Source: Diadema antillarum (taxonomy: Eukaryota). From it: 64,000 nucleotides of DNA. The stretch covers positions 1,736,001 through 1,800,000 of the forward strand of contig NW_027271384.1 in the NCBI RefSeq assembly GCF_040938485.1, given 5' to 3'. The stretch's first letter is position 1, and every line of letters starts with the position of its first letter. Below, piece after piece: positions 22,270 through 35,347 of this stretch. The position numbers were made by a program, and so were the translations under genes. Under the pieces are notes generated by a model that had not been told where the DNA came from, ran no database searches, and saw only the letters and a program-made list of their open reading frames with translations.

Positions 22270-22538
22270 NNNNNNNNNNNNNNNNNNNNNNNNNNNNNNN
22301 NNNNNNNNNNNNNNNNNNNNNNNNNNNNNNNNNNNNNNNNNNNNNNNNNNNNNNNNNNNNNNNNNNNNNNNNNNNNNNNNNNNNNNNNNNNNNNNNNNNN
22401 NNGCNNNNNNNNNNNNNNNNNNNNNNNNNNNNNNNNNNNNNNNNNNNNNNNNNNNNNNNNNNNNNNNNNNNNNNNNNNNNNNNNNNNNNNNNNNNNNNNN
22501 NNNNNNNNNNNNNNNNNNNNNNNNNNNNNNNNNNNNNN
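22270..22538. other. Assembly gap (N run) with an isolated GC at 22403-22404
   Basis: Directly visible. Confidence 0.99.
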
Positions 22539-23297
22539 CATTGATTAACCGTGTCCGGGTAGGGATTCGTACTGTCAATATATACATGTATGAACCCTTG
22601 TACGTTACAGAAACACTGGCACACACAAACACAAACACACAAATGTAATTTCCAATCATAATTAAGCATAGACATTCCTCAAACTCAATCCTTCTTTTGT
22701 TACAAATGTTTATCCCTTCCCACTCCTTATAAGAGAGTTCAACCCAGGGGATATAACAGTGATGATGTTTTACCAATCTATAACCACAACTCATCAACAC
22801 ACAACCTGCTCAAACTATACCATGAACACTGAATATACGAGTTAGGCACACTTTTGAACATTAATGATTCACGTAAATGAGAAAAATATATTTTATTGAA
22901 CTACCTGAAAAACAAGGTATTCTCAATATACAAATATCATGTTCAGAATTTTAGAGTAGTCATTTTTTTAATGAATTTGCTGAACAACTTCAGTGCATCA
23001 TCTTCAAAGGTGTAGAAAATGAATACTGGCACACGAGGACTGTTACGTATATTTTCTCAGTAAAGATCCAAGACAACTCACTTTCTAGTTCAATGAGTGT
23101 GCTATTTCAAGTAAAACAGCAAGGTTTGGTCACTGCACCAGTTCAATAAAATGGGCATATAGGTCTAATGACCACTTTCCGAGACAAGTGTTTTTCTACA
23201 ATGCCTCATGATATCTTAATTGACATCAGCTGTTAAGTTGGACCACATTTGAGGAACATGTATCCCCGGTATTTTCTGCAAAACTGCAAGAACTTGT

Positions 23298-23354
23298 AAA
23301 ACAAACAAACAAACAAACAAACAAACAAACAAACACACAAACAAACAAACAAAA
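23298..23354. repeat. (CAAA)n microsatellite
   Basis: Directly visible. Confidence 0.95.
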
Positions 23355-24683
23355 CCTTCACTGTGAAGGCCTGTACCGTTCAGTAGCAAATAATGGGTTA
23401 AATCAGCATTCTAGTATGAGCTTCTGCAACACCAAAGGGCATGTAACTGTCCTTAGATACCATTTTATCAATTTTATAACATACCGAGTGAAACAGAACA
23501 TTCAGGGGAGTCCCCTTTATGAAAATCACCAGGTTAATTGTCACGTCCCAACTAATCTTTCCTTGTTCAACTAAGGGAATTTGAAGTTTCTTTTACTGCA
23601 AGATTAATTTCAGGCCAAAAATCACGGAAAGATATAGGAGAATACAGTATGTCCACATGAAACAAGGAAGATTTTTGGTCTCATACCAAACAACGGCAAA
23701 GTCACATGCCCTGTCCAAACCAACAAAATACTGTTGAATGACTACTCTTGATACTTGCCAGAATTATCGCTGCATGGTCGAATTTTCCCAGTGACGAGTG
23801 CCACATACATGTGTTCTTTGTATACGCCAGTTCGCAGTTCAACTTCGCGCGCAGGAGCAGAAAAAAGGTCATTCCTACCGACAGGCATGTTGGTATTTAA
23901 ATTCACTGGGATAAACATCTGTGATGTAACAATTATTGATGTAATCCTTACATGCTGCTTGCCAGCACATCCACCTGAAAGCAAAAGTGGTATTTGGCAT
24001 TTGGCAATATCAATACTAAAAAGAGATTTTTAAGACATGTACATTCAATGCAAAATAATGAAAACGGATGCTTTCCCAGGTGTTAACTGAATGATCATTC
24101 TGGTCATTTGGTCTATGCAAGTTCATTCTTTGTTTGAACAAGATTGATGAACCCCATAAATTGTTATGTAAAACTTATGCATTATGTCGCTCTGAAAATG
24201 AGTGAAGTGCCCCTCACTGACTGAAAAAAAAAAGAAAGGTAATTTGTACCACTGTGCCCGTAAGCTAACTCTGAAATGGCTTATCACTTGATCTCAGTAT
24301 AGTATAGTGGATAACAATCTAACAACACGCAGATCCCAGATCTGCATCATGATTACTGTCAAATCTAAAATATTTGACAAGAGGCAAGAGTAATGTTTTT
24401 CCTGCACGAATACTCTCAACACTTTTCCGATTTATTTCCTGTTTTTGTGTTCAACAGTGCTGCATCATACCATAATGTAACCCTGACATAGTAGAAGATG
24501 TTTGCATTCACACATTTGTGGGTATGTTTAAAGAGTCCGGAGGCAACACGTGAGGGTCCTCTGTAACAAGTTTGATTAGCTGGGCCCAACGCCCTCCTTA
24601 TGACAGGATACCCCTGTTCCAAACTTGGATTTGAAGCTGTCATTGTCTCATTTGCCAGGCAGCAGCTCTGCCAAGTAAGCAGT

Positions 24684-25064
24684 ACTGTACAGTTCTGGTC
24701 GCGGTGAGGATTTAGCTTTTAATGTTTTGCGAGATATTCAGAAACCACTCTATGAGATGTCCAAGAGCATGCAATTCGAAGGGGTATCAAAAGTTTATTT
24801 GATGAAAATCGGTTTTGAAATGGCCGAGATATCCAAAAACAAGGTGAAACAGAGATCCTAATAAAGTTGTGGCATGTCGCCTTTTATTATTATCACTTTT
24901 TTGGATATCTCAGCCATTTGAAAACCAATTTTCATGAAATAAACGTTGAATCCTTCTTAAAATTACATGTTCTTTCATACTTCATAAGAGGTTTCTCATT
25001 ATCTCCCTTAAGAATGTTCAAAACATGAATCCCCACCTCAACCAGTACTGTACAGTCCCTTCAA
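24684..25064. mobile_element. Palindromic MITE, Kolobok-like termini, copy 1
   Basis: Long imperfect inverted arms (ACTGTACAGTTCTGG..GGTGAGGATT / AATCCCCACCTCAACCAGTACTGTACAGT). Right end GTCCCTTCAA resembles CCCT-TTAA. Confidence 0.6.
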
Positions 25065-25431
25065 GCCATTTGGTGGCAGTGACACAATAACTTTGGCACA
25101 CATAACCAACATCTCCACATATTAATAGAATACAAAAATCTGCATGTGCTTTAAAAAGACATCGGATATCAGATATAAACTGAAAGTCAAGGTTTAGGAA
25201 AGCAATATAAAAATGAAGACACACTATTTGGATGCTAGTGATTTCGCATTCATCTAATGATATGATATAAAACATAATATATCGACTTGATACACATACA
25301 AGTTGTATGTCATTGTCTTTAGTATTGAGTAAATGTATACTAGTGACATAACACTCATCCAGTGCTATAATATAAAACAGGATAAAACATGATACTCTGT
25401 ATATTCATCTTATCTTCTTTAGTACTGACTA

Positions 25432-26263
25432 CAGTTAAACTCGCCTAAGTCGACATCGCATATGTCGAATAATCGCGCAAGTCGATGATTTTAAAAAGTC
25501 CCGATTTTTCCCCATTGACCTACGTGTATTAATTCACTCACAAGTCGAATTTTGTAAGTCGAATATTCGCCTAAGTCGATGAAATTCCAAGAACACTTTC
25601 ACGGAAAAACCATTAAATTCACTGTGCCTAAGTCCAATAAGATTTTATTGTGCAATAAATCACTGTCAAAATCACGAGACGCCAGTTTTTGTTTACATAA
25701 GAACTAGCCCGACCAGACAGGTGACAAAAAATGATCTAAAGTATCAAAATTCAAAGCGATTGCATGCGATTGTTGAACTCTCTTCGTGTTTGGAGGTCCG
25801 CTGGTACTACCCTGTCGCGCTAGCGCTACGTACGTACAGCTACTGGGCTGTGTATAGTTATGCGTACAGCGACTGGGCTGTGTATAGTCTATGTATGTTT
25901 GCAGTCTGCGCTGTGCAGTGGATGGATGAAGCTGCTGAGTTTTCAAAGCATTTCAAGCCATGGTATGGTAAACTGGAATCAATCACTGCTCAAATATCGT
26001 TCATATTCACTTCCTCAAGGTTTAACAAGGGTGTAAAGTAATCGGACCTGTGCCAATACTAATGCACTGTCCATGCAAAGTTCACCGCGGCCCTGCCGGG
26101 CGACCCGTGCTGCGGCACACCTCTCCAGCTCTCGGCTCCAGATTAGACAACATACATGTATATGTGTAACTGTTGTTAAGTCGATTTTTTTCGAAGTCGA
26201 AAATCGCCTAAGTCGATGTGTTTTGCTCAGTCCCGAGAAGATCGACTTATGCGAGTTTAACTG
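25432..26263. mobile_element. pogo/Tigger-like MITE
   Basis: TIR CAGTTAAACTCGCCTAAGTCGA / TCGACTTATGCGAGTTTAACTG, TA on both flanks, repeated AAGTCGA subterminal motifs. A fragment of the family lies at about 16705-16820. Confidence 0.8.
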
Positions 26264-26737
26264 TATTTGTATACTAGCGACATAACTTTTGTCCAATTCT
26301 ATAATAATACAAAGCATAATAAATCAACATGATACACATATATCATCATCTTTAGTCTTGAGTAATTGTGTATTAGTGACAACATATGATAATAATTAAA
26401 GCATCTTAATATAATAAATCAACATCGTACAAGGATCTACACAAAAAAGTATATTCCATTGATGTTAATCAAAGCTGTCCACATATTACATTTTGATAAA
26501 AGTAGTTGCACAAAGAAAATACATAAAATAGACAAATTGTGTATGTACTGTATCAAAAGTTTATATCCCCACAAAAAGTCATTGGCTGTTGCTATGGCAT
26601 TTACCACAGTAAGTTCTTCATGCACCTATTCTTTCCTGTCTTTATTTTTCTGAAAGACATACCTGTGCCTATGGCTTGTACAAAATTCCTTCACCTCTGC
26701 AGCATTTTGTTGCTATTGTGCTATATTCAAGGCTGCA

Positions 26738-27192
26738 TCATATATTCAAGGCTGCATCAAACTCATTCTTTGGCATCCCAAGCAGCATCTGCACCTGTTT
26801 CCCCGCCCTATCGACCGCCTCCATGATGTACTCGTTGGTTGGGTCTTCATCCCGTGCTTCATGGGAGAGGATGACATGCTGGGCATTGCGAGCCACGATG
26901 CAGAAGAAGAGAGCCTTCAGCTCCACTGCAGGAACCTCGGCGGCGGACATGTAGCCCGAGATGATTTGAGCGGCGGCTGCCAGCTTGTCGCCGGGCGTGG
27001 TCTGGGACAGCATCAACTCGGCGACGGTGATGGCCAAGTCGTAGATGAGACAGGACACGGCCACCTCTCCGAAGTCGATGATGCCCGACACGGCATAGCG
27101 GTCCTTGGAGAGGAAGGTGGAAGGATCACTTGCCTCCGAGTCCCGCCCTGATACAATGATGTTATCCTCATTGAAGTCTCCATGGATGATAC
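26738..27192 (-). CDS. HYKK: Hydroxylysine kinase-like (APH/choline-kinase fold), exon 5 (last)
   Basis: GIIHGDFNEDNIIV (Brenner motif) and IIDFGE. TTACAG acceptor (phase 1); stop TGA at 26738-40. Confidence 0.9.
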
Positions 27193-27926
27193 CTGTAAGA
27201 TAACAGTCAGGAGGAGAAGTGGGGGAAGAGGAGTTATATCATTCCGGCACTCTCTTCAAACACTCCGCGCTTACCAAACTCAATAGGATATGATTATCTT
27301 TACGAATACACTTTATATGATACGTGGTCACAAATGAGAGTCCAAGTATTGACAATGGTTGGTCTTTACATTTAGCGAAGGAAGGAAATGAATTGGTAAT
27401 TTTAACAAAGCTGTCAATCAACATACATGAACAAAGAAAAAATAATAAGTACTCTCAAAATGAGGGTTTAGTCTGAAAGAAGCAAGTAAAATCTCCATGA
27501 AAAATCTGCATACTTGACTCTGATGATATCACACTGGATAGATGCTGACATCCCACAGGTCTTATCTTTCTCATCACTTTTCCACTCATATAACTTAAAT
27601 TCCCACATGATCTGTAACGATGTGTGAAAAGTTTTTTTTTTTCTTTTCTATAATGAATAAAAACCCTTTTAAAAGGGGTTTATTGCCCATGAGCATAATT
27701 TTCATGGTTACCCCTCGATCAAATTTACTGGCCCATTAATCAACAAGCAGAGCAAAGGTATCATCTCTTTCTTCATCCTTCAGTAATCTGAGATACCAGT
27801 CTACTTTTCAATAGTATACTTGTAATTTGTTCATGGTTTATCTTTTGCCTGTCAGAAATAGAATTATGCAATCTTGGTCATGGCTCTCCATCCCTACGAG
27901 TGCAAATTGCAGGTGGTGTCTCCTTG

Positions 27927-28293
27927 GTAAGATCACTCGTATAGCTTTGGTTGATATGGGGATTCAGATTTTTAACTTTTAGTGCAATGTTTAGAAACAA
28001 CATACATTGACATCTGAAAGAGGAATTGAAATCTATTTGATGAAAAAATGGCTGAGATATTCAGAAACAAAGAGGTCCTAATAGAAGGGAGGACCTACCT
28101 TTTATTAGGACAACTTTGTTTTACTTTGTTTTTGGATATCTCTGCCATTTCAAAACCCATTTTTAAAAAAATAAACTTTTAATTCCCCATAGAATTGTAT
28201 GTTCTGTAATATTTCACATAAGTGGTTTCTAGTTAGCTTGCAAAAAGTTAAAATCTGAATCCCCATCTCAAACAAAACTCTGCCATCCCTTAA
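27927..28293. mobile_element. Palindromic Kolobok-like MITE, copy 2
   Basis: Arms TTGATATGGGGATTCAGATTTTTAAC / GTTAAAATCTGAATCCCCATCTCAA; right end ATCCCTTAA. Confidence 0.6.
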
Positions 28294-28318
28294 AAGTTGA
28301 AAATTTAACAAAGAATAC

Positions 28319-28505
28319 CTCTGCGGAACTGTGGGATGACAGGCACCACGTGCTGGTCAAACAGGTCAATGGTCTTCTCGAAATCCATCCTCAGCTGGCT
28401 GTCCTCTACAAGGCTGATCAGATGGCGCTGACCGCTCAGCTTATCCGGTGACCACTGGCCACTGCAGTAGGTGGACGGGTGTTGACTGTCGTATTCCTCA
28501 AAGTC
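28319..28505 (-). CDS. HYKK: HYKK-like exon 4
   Basis: TTTGTAG acceptor. DFEEYDSQ...QWSPDKL...FDQHVVPVIPQFRR; GT donor, phase 0 to phase 1. Missed by the ORF track because it has no start codon. Confidence 0.85.
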
Positions 28506-28695
28506 CTACAAATGGCACCAAGAAAGGAATTAGCAAACAAATCAGCCTCACTCAACTGCATACACATCCACACACATACACACAAAACGATATGGCAGCT
28601 TTATAATACAATGTAGCAGCAATTAAAACCATTCCAGTAGTCCATTATTTTTCAGGACATGCGGTTACTGCTACATTCATAACAACTAATGTGAG

Positions 28696-28832
28696 CAGGG
28701 GCGGATCCAGGGAGGACCGCAACCGGCACACGCCCCCCCTTTATTTTTTGTTGAAACAAAAGAAATAAAAAGAAAAAATGGGGGGAGGGGTGCGTGCGCC
28801 CCCTCTTTACGGAATTCCTGGATCCGCCCCTA
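28696..28832. mobile_element. Short hAT-like MITE
   Basis: 14-bp TIR AGGGGCGGATCCAG / CTGGATCCGCCCCT. Confidence 0.7.
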
Positions 28833-31197
28833 GTGAGTGCATGTCTTTAATGCAACAAGTAATTTATATCTCGTTATATAACTTTCATATACTTTTGTTA
28901 ACTTGCTATGGTTAAAAGCTACAGTTTACTCAATTGTATCATGCTACAGTTAACTCAAGGTACACCTTACCAATATCTAATTGTTTCAACTGTTTTGTGT
29001 TAGTGAACTATATATGAACATATGCATTTCTAAGACCTGAATATTATCAGCATTTCTAAGAACTGAATATTATAATCATTGTTGTTTACAATACCAGTCA
29101 AGAGGCCTCCTAACTGGGAAGGGTTGTTAAAAGTGTTTCCGTAGACTCATGCACACCACCCTACTCAAAACCCAGTGTGTACATTATACCAAACCATGTA
29201 AAATCATCCTACAAATTAAACATTCAAAACAACAGGTGATACACACATGCTAAAACACTTCCGAGACAAACCAGGAAATTAAAGGAAAAAAGTGCATGTG
29301 TGCATAGAAGATGACGGCACTCGATAACAAGACCAGAACAGTGCGATCCACTTTTGTAATCAAGCAAACTACAACTAACTGGCAATGTTTTGGCTGCACA
29401 ATCAGAAGAATCTATCTGGGGCTGGTTCAAAATTAACAGTTTTGCTAGGGAAATGAGATCCCTGTAATTACTTCTGGTGATTTAGATGTCATTTTTAGGC
29501 AAAGTTTGCGGATGCTAGAGGGGTTTCAGCCAAAACACTTCCAGTTAGTTCTGGTTAGTGTAAACACCCTATATTTTCATGGGGCGTTTATTTTTGTGAA
29601 TTCTGCAAGTTGGATGCTACATTGATACTGTGAATTTAACAACAGGCAAAAATAATAACTGATCCTGGCATGACTGCGATGTGCACACATGCACTTCTCA
29701 ATGCATTACTGTACTACACATATGCAAATTTTAACCACTTGTGAAACTGTCAGAAAGTCCTGATTCACGAAAAAATAGACTTGCTAGATATACTGCTTAT
29801 ACAGTAAGTGGTGAAAATAACACATACACAGTGAATTTTGTTACACTTAAGCAGTGCTCCTGCTAAGAAGTTTCCAATTATCAGGTCAGCACTGTATTCA
29901 CTGTATCTCTTTTCTTTTGAATACCTTTATCACCAAGATGCACTGAAGAGTTTCTATCAATGGAGATGGACACTTTTTTAAAGCAAAATCTAGTTTTACA
30001 GTGCAATATGACAGAAATATATGACAAAAATACCTGTGTCTTTGAGTACCTTGCTTCAATTAAAAAGAAAAAAGAAGAAGACACAAACAAAGAAAAAAAT
30101 ACAAACTGAGCTGTTATCTCGATATTTTCTTAAACATTGTCCCACCAAAGAACCTCTGTTGCACATTCTGGCAAAGTACATCAATCTCTACCCTTCTGCT
30201 GATGGAGGCAAATATAACAGGGCAATATAATGAAGTGAATGTAAAAGAGGAAGTGCCTATCTGAAAGGGTAATAGATCATGTTGAATGCTTGATCTGGTA
30301 CTTACCATGCCTCAACTTAAAAATTCATATAATATATGCACACAGGAATAGGAGGAGGTTGTGGGAACATGAAAGGTTTGTACGAAATGCACATACAGTA
30401 CATGTCTATGTACCAATATCTTCCAAGAATCCGAAGCCACTAGGGGGGAAAAAAATGAAATCACCTAACCACACCCTTTTTGAGCCTACAGTACATGTGC
30501 ACTGTACTATCAGGAAAATATAAGTAATAATTCAGTTGGTTGCTGACTTTACAAATACCGATATTGCATCCTATTGTGCTGAACTGTTTATTTATGTATA
30601 CTTTGGCTTACAAAACAAACAAAATAAAAGCAGAAGAGCAAAACAAAGTCCTTGAGTTCTCTTAATTTCAAGCAATTTGATTTTGTAGTTACTTTTATGA
30701 ACAATTTTTGCCTTTTAAAGTATTTAACACAAGTACTCACCAAAGAAATGCATGTGATTGCCTTGTTTTTTGGTACAAATTTGAAAGTTTGAATAGATGG
30801 TTTTTGTGGTATGCCAAGCATATTACAGCAAAACAAAACAAAACAAAACAATACAAAACAAACAAAATGATTACAAAAGGTCAATTAGAGGGAAACAATG
30901 AGTGATTCACAAAGTGTTGGTGAAGTTAGTTGGAAGCAATGTAAAATTACTAGCCCATATGATATGGTAGTTGAATTGTTATGAATGTAAGAAGATAGAC
31001 AAAAAGAGAGAAAGGAAAGAGAGAGATACATATAAAATATAAACATGTATATCTGTCACAGAATACCAAACAGGCAAGCACTGCACGTGAATTCTCAGCA
31101 CACAATAAAATATGAATATGCATGCATTCTATTTTTATAAAGAACAAAATCCACAGCTTTCACCAATCTTCAGCTAAGAATTTCCTAGCTGCACGAA

Positions 31198-32818
31198 AAC
31201 TAGAAATGTCGCTATGGCGACTGACGTCTCCGCCATAATGCATGATTCTCCCAATAGGTGTATAGTACAATGTCTTCACAATGTGTGATGACAGTTTCAC
31301 ATAACTGGCAAAATACTGATATGACAGGTTTGTCAGAAATGTCTTGAATGTTCACTTTCCTCAAACTGGGTTTGCTATAATTGTCTAAGAGTGCAGGTAC
31401 ACATATTTGGGGAATTGAGGATTTTTACTTGACTTCTGACTGACCCTGTTACAAGTTTATGCACAAAGACTCCAACTCTCCCGTTTTTGACGGGAGATCT
31501 CCCGCCGAAAACCAATTTTTGCAAAATCTCCTGTTCTCCCGCTTGAGATTTAATTTCTCCCGCCCTGGCTCTGTGTCTCCCGTTGGAAAGGATTTCTTAC
31601 TTATTGCTTTTGTATGTTGAAAAAAAAAAGCCTTTAATAGCACCAGAGAGCATCAAGAACCCTAGGAACTTCGCGCTTCGCACACATCAACTTGGAGTCT
31701 CCCATTTGCTAGGGGTTTCAGGCGGGAGAATCTCCGGATCAGAAGGTGCTTTGGGTTGGAATCTCTGTATGCATTAAGTAATTTTCAAGGTATGAAGAAA
31801 GAGTGTAATTACAGTATGAAATAGATTTTTTAAAAAAATCAAAATCTGACCTTTGACCCTTAACCTTTGACCTTCTGGCTGGAAATTTCCTAGAGAATCT
31901 CCATTAGGTAATACATGTATATATTAAGTTTTAAAACTAATAATGAAAGCATTGCATATACTAGTATATGAGGGAAACAGTAAAATTTTGAGGAGTTAAC
32001 CTTGACCTTTGACCCCTGAATATTGACCCATGACCCCTAAATTCCCTAGATAATCCCTGCCAGTCAGTACCTGTATGCATATGTACCAAGTTCCATGAAG
32101 ATACATTGAACCATTTGAGAGAAAAGTGAAATTGCAACATTTTCACCTAACCTTTGACCTTTTGACCTTTGACCTTATGACATGAAACTCTCTCTGGAGA
32201 ATCTTTACGCAGTAGTTCATGTCTACACTAAGTTTCAATAAAATACCTTCGGGATTGCATAGATTTGGGGGAAATAGCAATATTTTTAGCATTTGACCTT
32301 GACTTTTTGACCTTTGATCTCTTGCCAATGTCACTAAAATCTCCTCAACTAATAATTCCATCATACATCATCCTTGGACCAAGTTTGGCGAAAGCTGCTT
32401 CATCCAGTTTTGAGTTATCACGTAATAAGATAAATTTTAGGATTAGACCTTGATCTTTGACCTTTGACCTCTGTCCGATTACAATAAAAAACTAATCATG
32501 TTATTGTCCCATCATACATCATCGTCGGACAAAGTTTGGTGAAATTTGCTCGATCCAGACTTGAGTTATCGTGTAAATGGATACGATTTCATGATTTGAC
32601 CTTGACCTTTGACCTTTGGCCGATTTCACCCAAAATCTCATTAAGTAATTGCCCTATCATACTTCATACTTGCACCAAGTTTGGTAAAATTCCAGTCAAT
32701 ATTTCTCAAGTTATCGCGTAAACGAATGCGGACGGATGTGCTACGGACGTACGTACGTACACGGACGGACAACCCGAAAACATAATGCCTCCGGCACCAC
32801 TTCGTGGCAGAGGCATAA
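31198..32818. mobile_element. HINE/Helentron-type element, family 2, with a nested MITE
   Basis: AACTAG plus hairpin GTCGC-TATG-GCGAC and subTIR-like GTCTCCGCC at one end; GGAC/GTAC microsatellite and hairpin TGCCTCCGGCACCACTTCGTGGCAGAGGCATAA at the other. TGACCTTTGACC-rich interior. A terminal remnant lies inverted at about 48505-48545. Confidence 0.7.
31464..31767. mobile_element. MITE nested in the HINE
   Basis: TIR CAAAGACTCCAAC / GTTGGAATCTCTG, TATGCA on both flanks, repeated TCTCCC motifs. Confidence 0.55.
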
Positions 32819-32831
32819 TAACTCCATGTTG

Positions 32832-33058
32832 CTGTATAAGCTGTTATTTTCACGATCGGAGGGTAAAATTTTCGTGAATTTTCACAAATCACAGCTGAAC
32901 CGCAAATTTATCAACATGCGAAAATGTCAAGATGTGCTAAGGTAAAAGTGCGCTTATGAAGGCCTCTGTGTCAAGTCACGTAAACAACATCTCGCGAAAA
33001 TGTCTGTGACCTCCTCATTCGCAAAGATATCTGTACGCGAAAATAACAGCGTATACAG
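32832..33058. mobile_element. CTGTA...TACAG MITE family copy
   Basis: TIR CTGTATAAGCTGTTATTTT / AAAATAACAGCGTATACAG, with CGCGAAAA motifs. Confidence 0.75.
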
Positions 33059-34098
33059 TATTCACAGAGTGATGTACAAGTGCTATCTACAAGATTCAAA
33101 ACATGCAAAGTGGACAAAGCATTCACTCATCAGCACACAATCATCTTTGACAATGAATGCATGGTCAATTTATGTTTCTCTTTGATATACAGTAGAAAAG
33201 AATTCGCCGATACCTTTACCAACCTTATGAGCTCTGCATCAGCATTTGGTCCTTTTATAGCTGCCTGCTTGACGGGGGAAAAAAAATGACGAAATAATTC
33301 TCTAAAGACCTGGGAATGAATATTGAATTGAAGCACATCAAAGAAACCTCACAAACTGGAGAGACAGAGAGTATTACATGGTATGCATAAGAGGGTAGGG
33401 GAGAGACAGTGATTACGAAAACAAACTAAACTAAACACACTGGAGGAAGGAGAACTGCTCCTGAAAGGGCTAATAAGATTATGAAGTGTAGTAGTAAGCA
33501 TGATATATTACATGGAGTTTTGGATTACCAGCCATTACTTGCTGATTAACTGTCAAAGTTAATTTTCAGGATATGGATATGCTTTAAATCACAACAACAA
33601 GATATGGGATGGACAGACAGACAGACACACAGATAAACTTTATCATAATGCCGCCAACACCTTTCGGGGGTGAGGCTCAATCTGATTGAGCCAAAAAATA
33701 ATAGCTGTCACTGCTTGACATACAGCTGCATTACACAGCGCCTGTAAATGTATCAAACGTTTTTTCGTCTGTCATTCACTATTGTACATGACATTCATTG
33801 GTATGTATTCCACGTATATCACAATCTTCAAACAGGAGTCTTTCAAAGTCAAAGTGCTCTCTGAATAAGCATGCCTTTGTCATGCACATAAACTTGTCCA
33901 GTATACTATCAATTTCATACACTATTGATTAAATCTGGCTTGGGAAGAACTAAAATCTGCAGTTTTACACATCTTTTCAAATTGCACATTAATGGTCATA
34001 TATTTATATGGTTATCTCCAGAGTCTGTATCCTTATATCTTGAGGCATTGCCCATTCATTTATAGCACACATCACTAATTATTATGCAAAGTCTGTTG

Positions 34099-34603
34099 TT
34101 ATTACCTCCACCAAGGGAGAAGGTTATGTTTTCGTTACCGTTGGTTGTTCGTTTGTTAGTTAGTTTGTCCATGTGCAAAATAACTCAAAAAGTAGTTAAC
34201 GGATTTGGACGAAACTTGCAGGAAAGGTTTAGAATGATACAAGTAACAGATGATTAAATTTTGGTGGTGATCCGAGAATTTTTTGGGTATTTATGAAGGA
34301 TTTTTTATATTTTGGCAGGTAGGGTCAATGAACTTCGGAGTTCAGGCTGCGCGTACATGAGGTTTGCATGCGTGCACTAAAGTGCATGCTCTAGTTTCTG
34401 CTTGGGCGAGGCGCGCCGTGCAGCTGAGGGTTTATGACGTAACAAAGGCTTCTATATTGGGAAATCGGGCGACTTTCAGCACACAGTGCTATAAGTACGT
34501 ATGGGTGGAAATCACTGATATCTCTATGGAAGAACAAGATCAGTGGTGGAAAATGAGCTGCATGCTTGGCAGAGGTCTGCACTCTCATAGTGCTTCTCTA
34601 GTT
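34099..34603. mobile_element. HINE-type element, family 3
   Basis: Starts TTATTACCTCCACC, has a GTTT/GTTA microsatellite, and ends with subTIR GGCAGAGGT, hairpin GCAC..GTGC and CTCTAGTT. Confidence 0.7.
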
Positions 34604-34670
34604 ATCAATACTTTCAAGCTTATTGACCGATTCTGTGACGCGCTATGTGTATTTTTGGCATGGGCAGCGC

Positions 34671-34899
34671 CATTACTGCGGTGTCTCAGCCGACCCCCCC
34701 TCCTCTCTCCCCCACCCCCTCCTACATTAGCACGCGCAAGGAATGAAAAACTGATGCATGGTTGTTTTAGCCAATGGGCGTCTTGTACTGAGCGCGCGAA
34801 TGCTTACTTAGTGCGAGAACCTTTGTTACAAGTGCGCGATAAACATGTTGCCCGTGGGGTGGGGGAGAGAAGGGGGGTCGGCTGGGACACCGCAAAATG
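34671..34899. repeat. Foldback (about 48-bp GC-rich inverted arms)
   Basis: CATTACTGCGGTGTCTCAGCCGACCCCCC...CCCACCCC pairs with GGGGTGGG...GGGGGGTCGGCTGGGACACCGCAAAATG. Confidence 0.8.
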
Positions 34900-35347
34900 A
34901 GCTAATGGCTGCGCCCAGTGCCACAAATTGTCTGCTGCCCTCAACGAACCCGAATCGGTCAATACATCTGCCTGGTTGCATCTATACCATTTTCATAGCT
35001 TCCGGGGTGGTATTGTTTCACAACTGTCTATTTATCCCTCCTTTGCTTCTCTACACCTGCCTTTACCAGTTACCTACCAATAATCTAATTCTTTTATATT
35101 CAATTACTGAAACTTTGTTATATCATTGTTTCACCTTTAAACTGAAAACTAATCCATACTGACCAGCTGAATTGAATTTTGAATTGAAATTATTTGTCAC
35201 ATTTTGCCGCAAAATACAATACATATCCATAGCGCATGGACAAAACATATGTTGAAATCATCAAAATAAAATTTGAAGCATAAAAACTAAATACAAAGTA
35301 TATGCAATGTTGCATGAGCTCGTAAATAAGAAGGTCAAATCTAAATA

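Noticed and set aside
22187-22800. ORFs spanning the N run
   Set aside because: Artefacts of the assembly gap.
34364-34900. 178-aa ORF
   Set aside because: It runs across HINE and foldback sequence with low-complexity translation; no domain.
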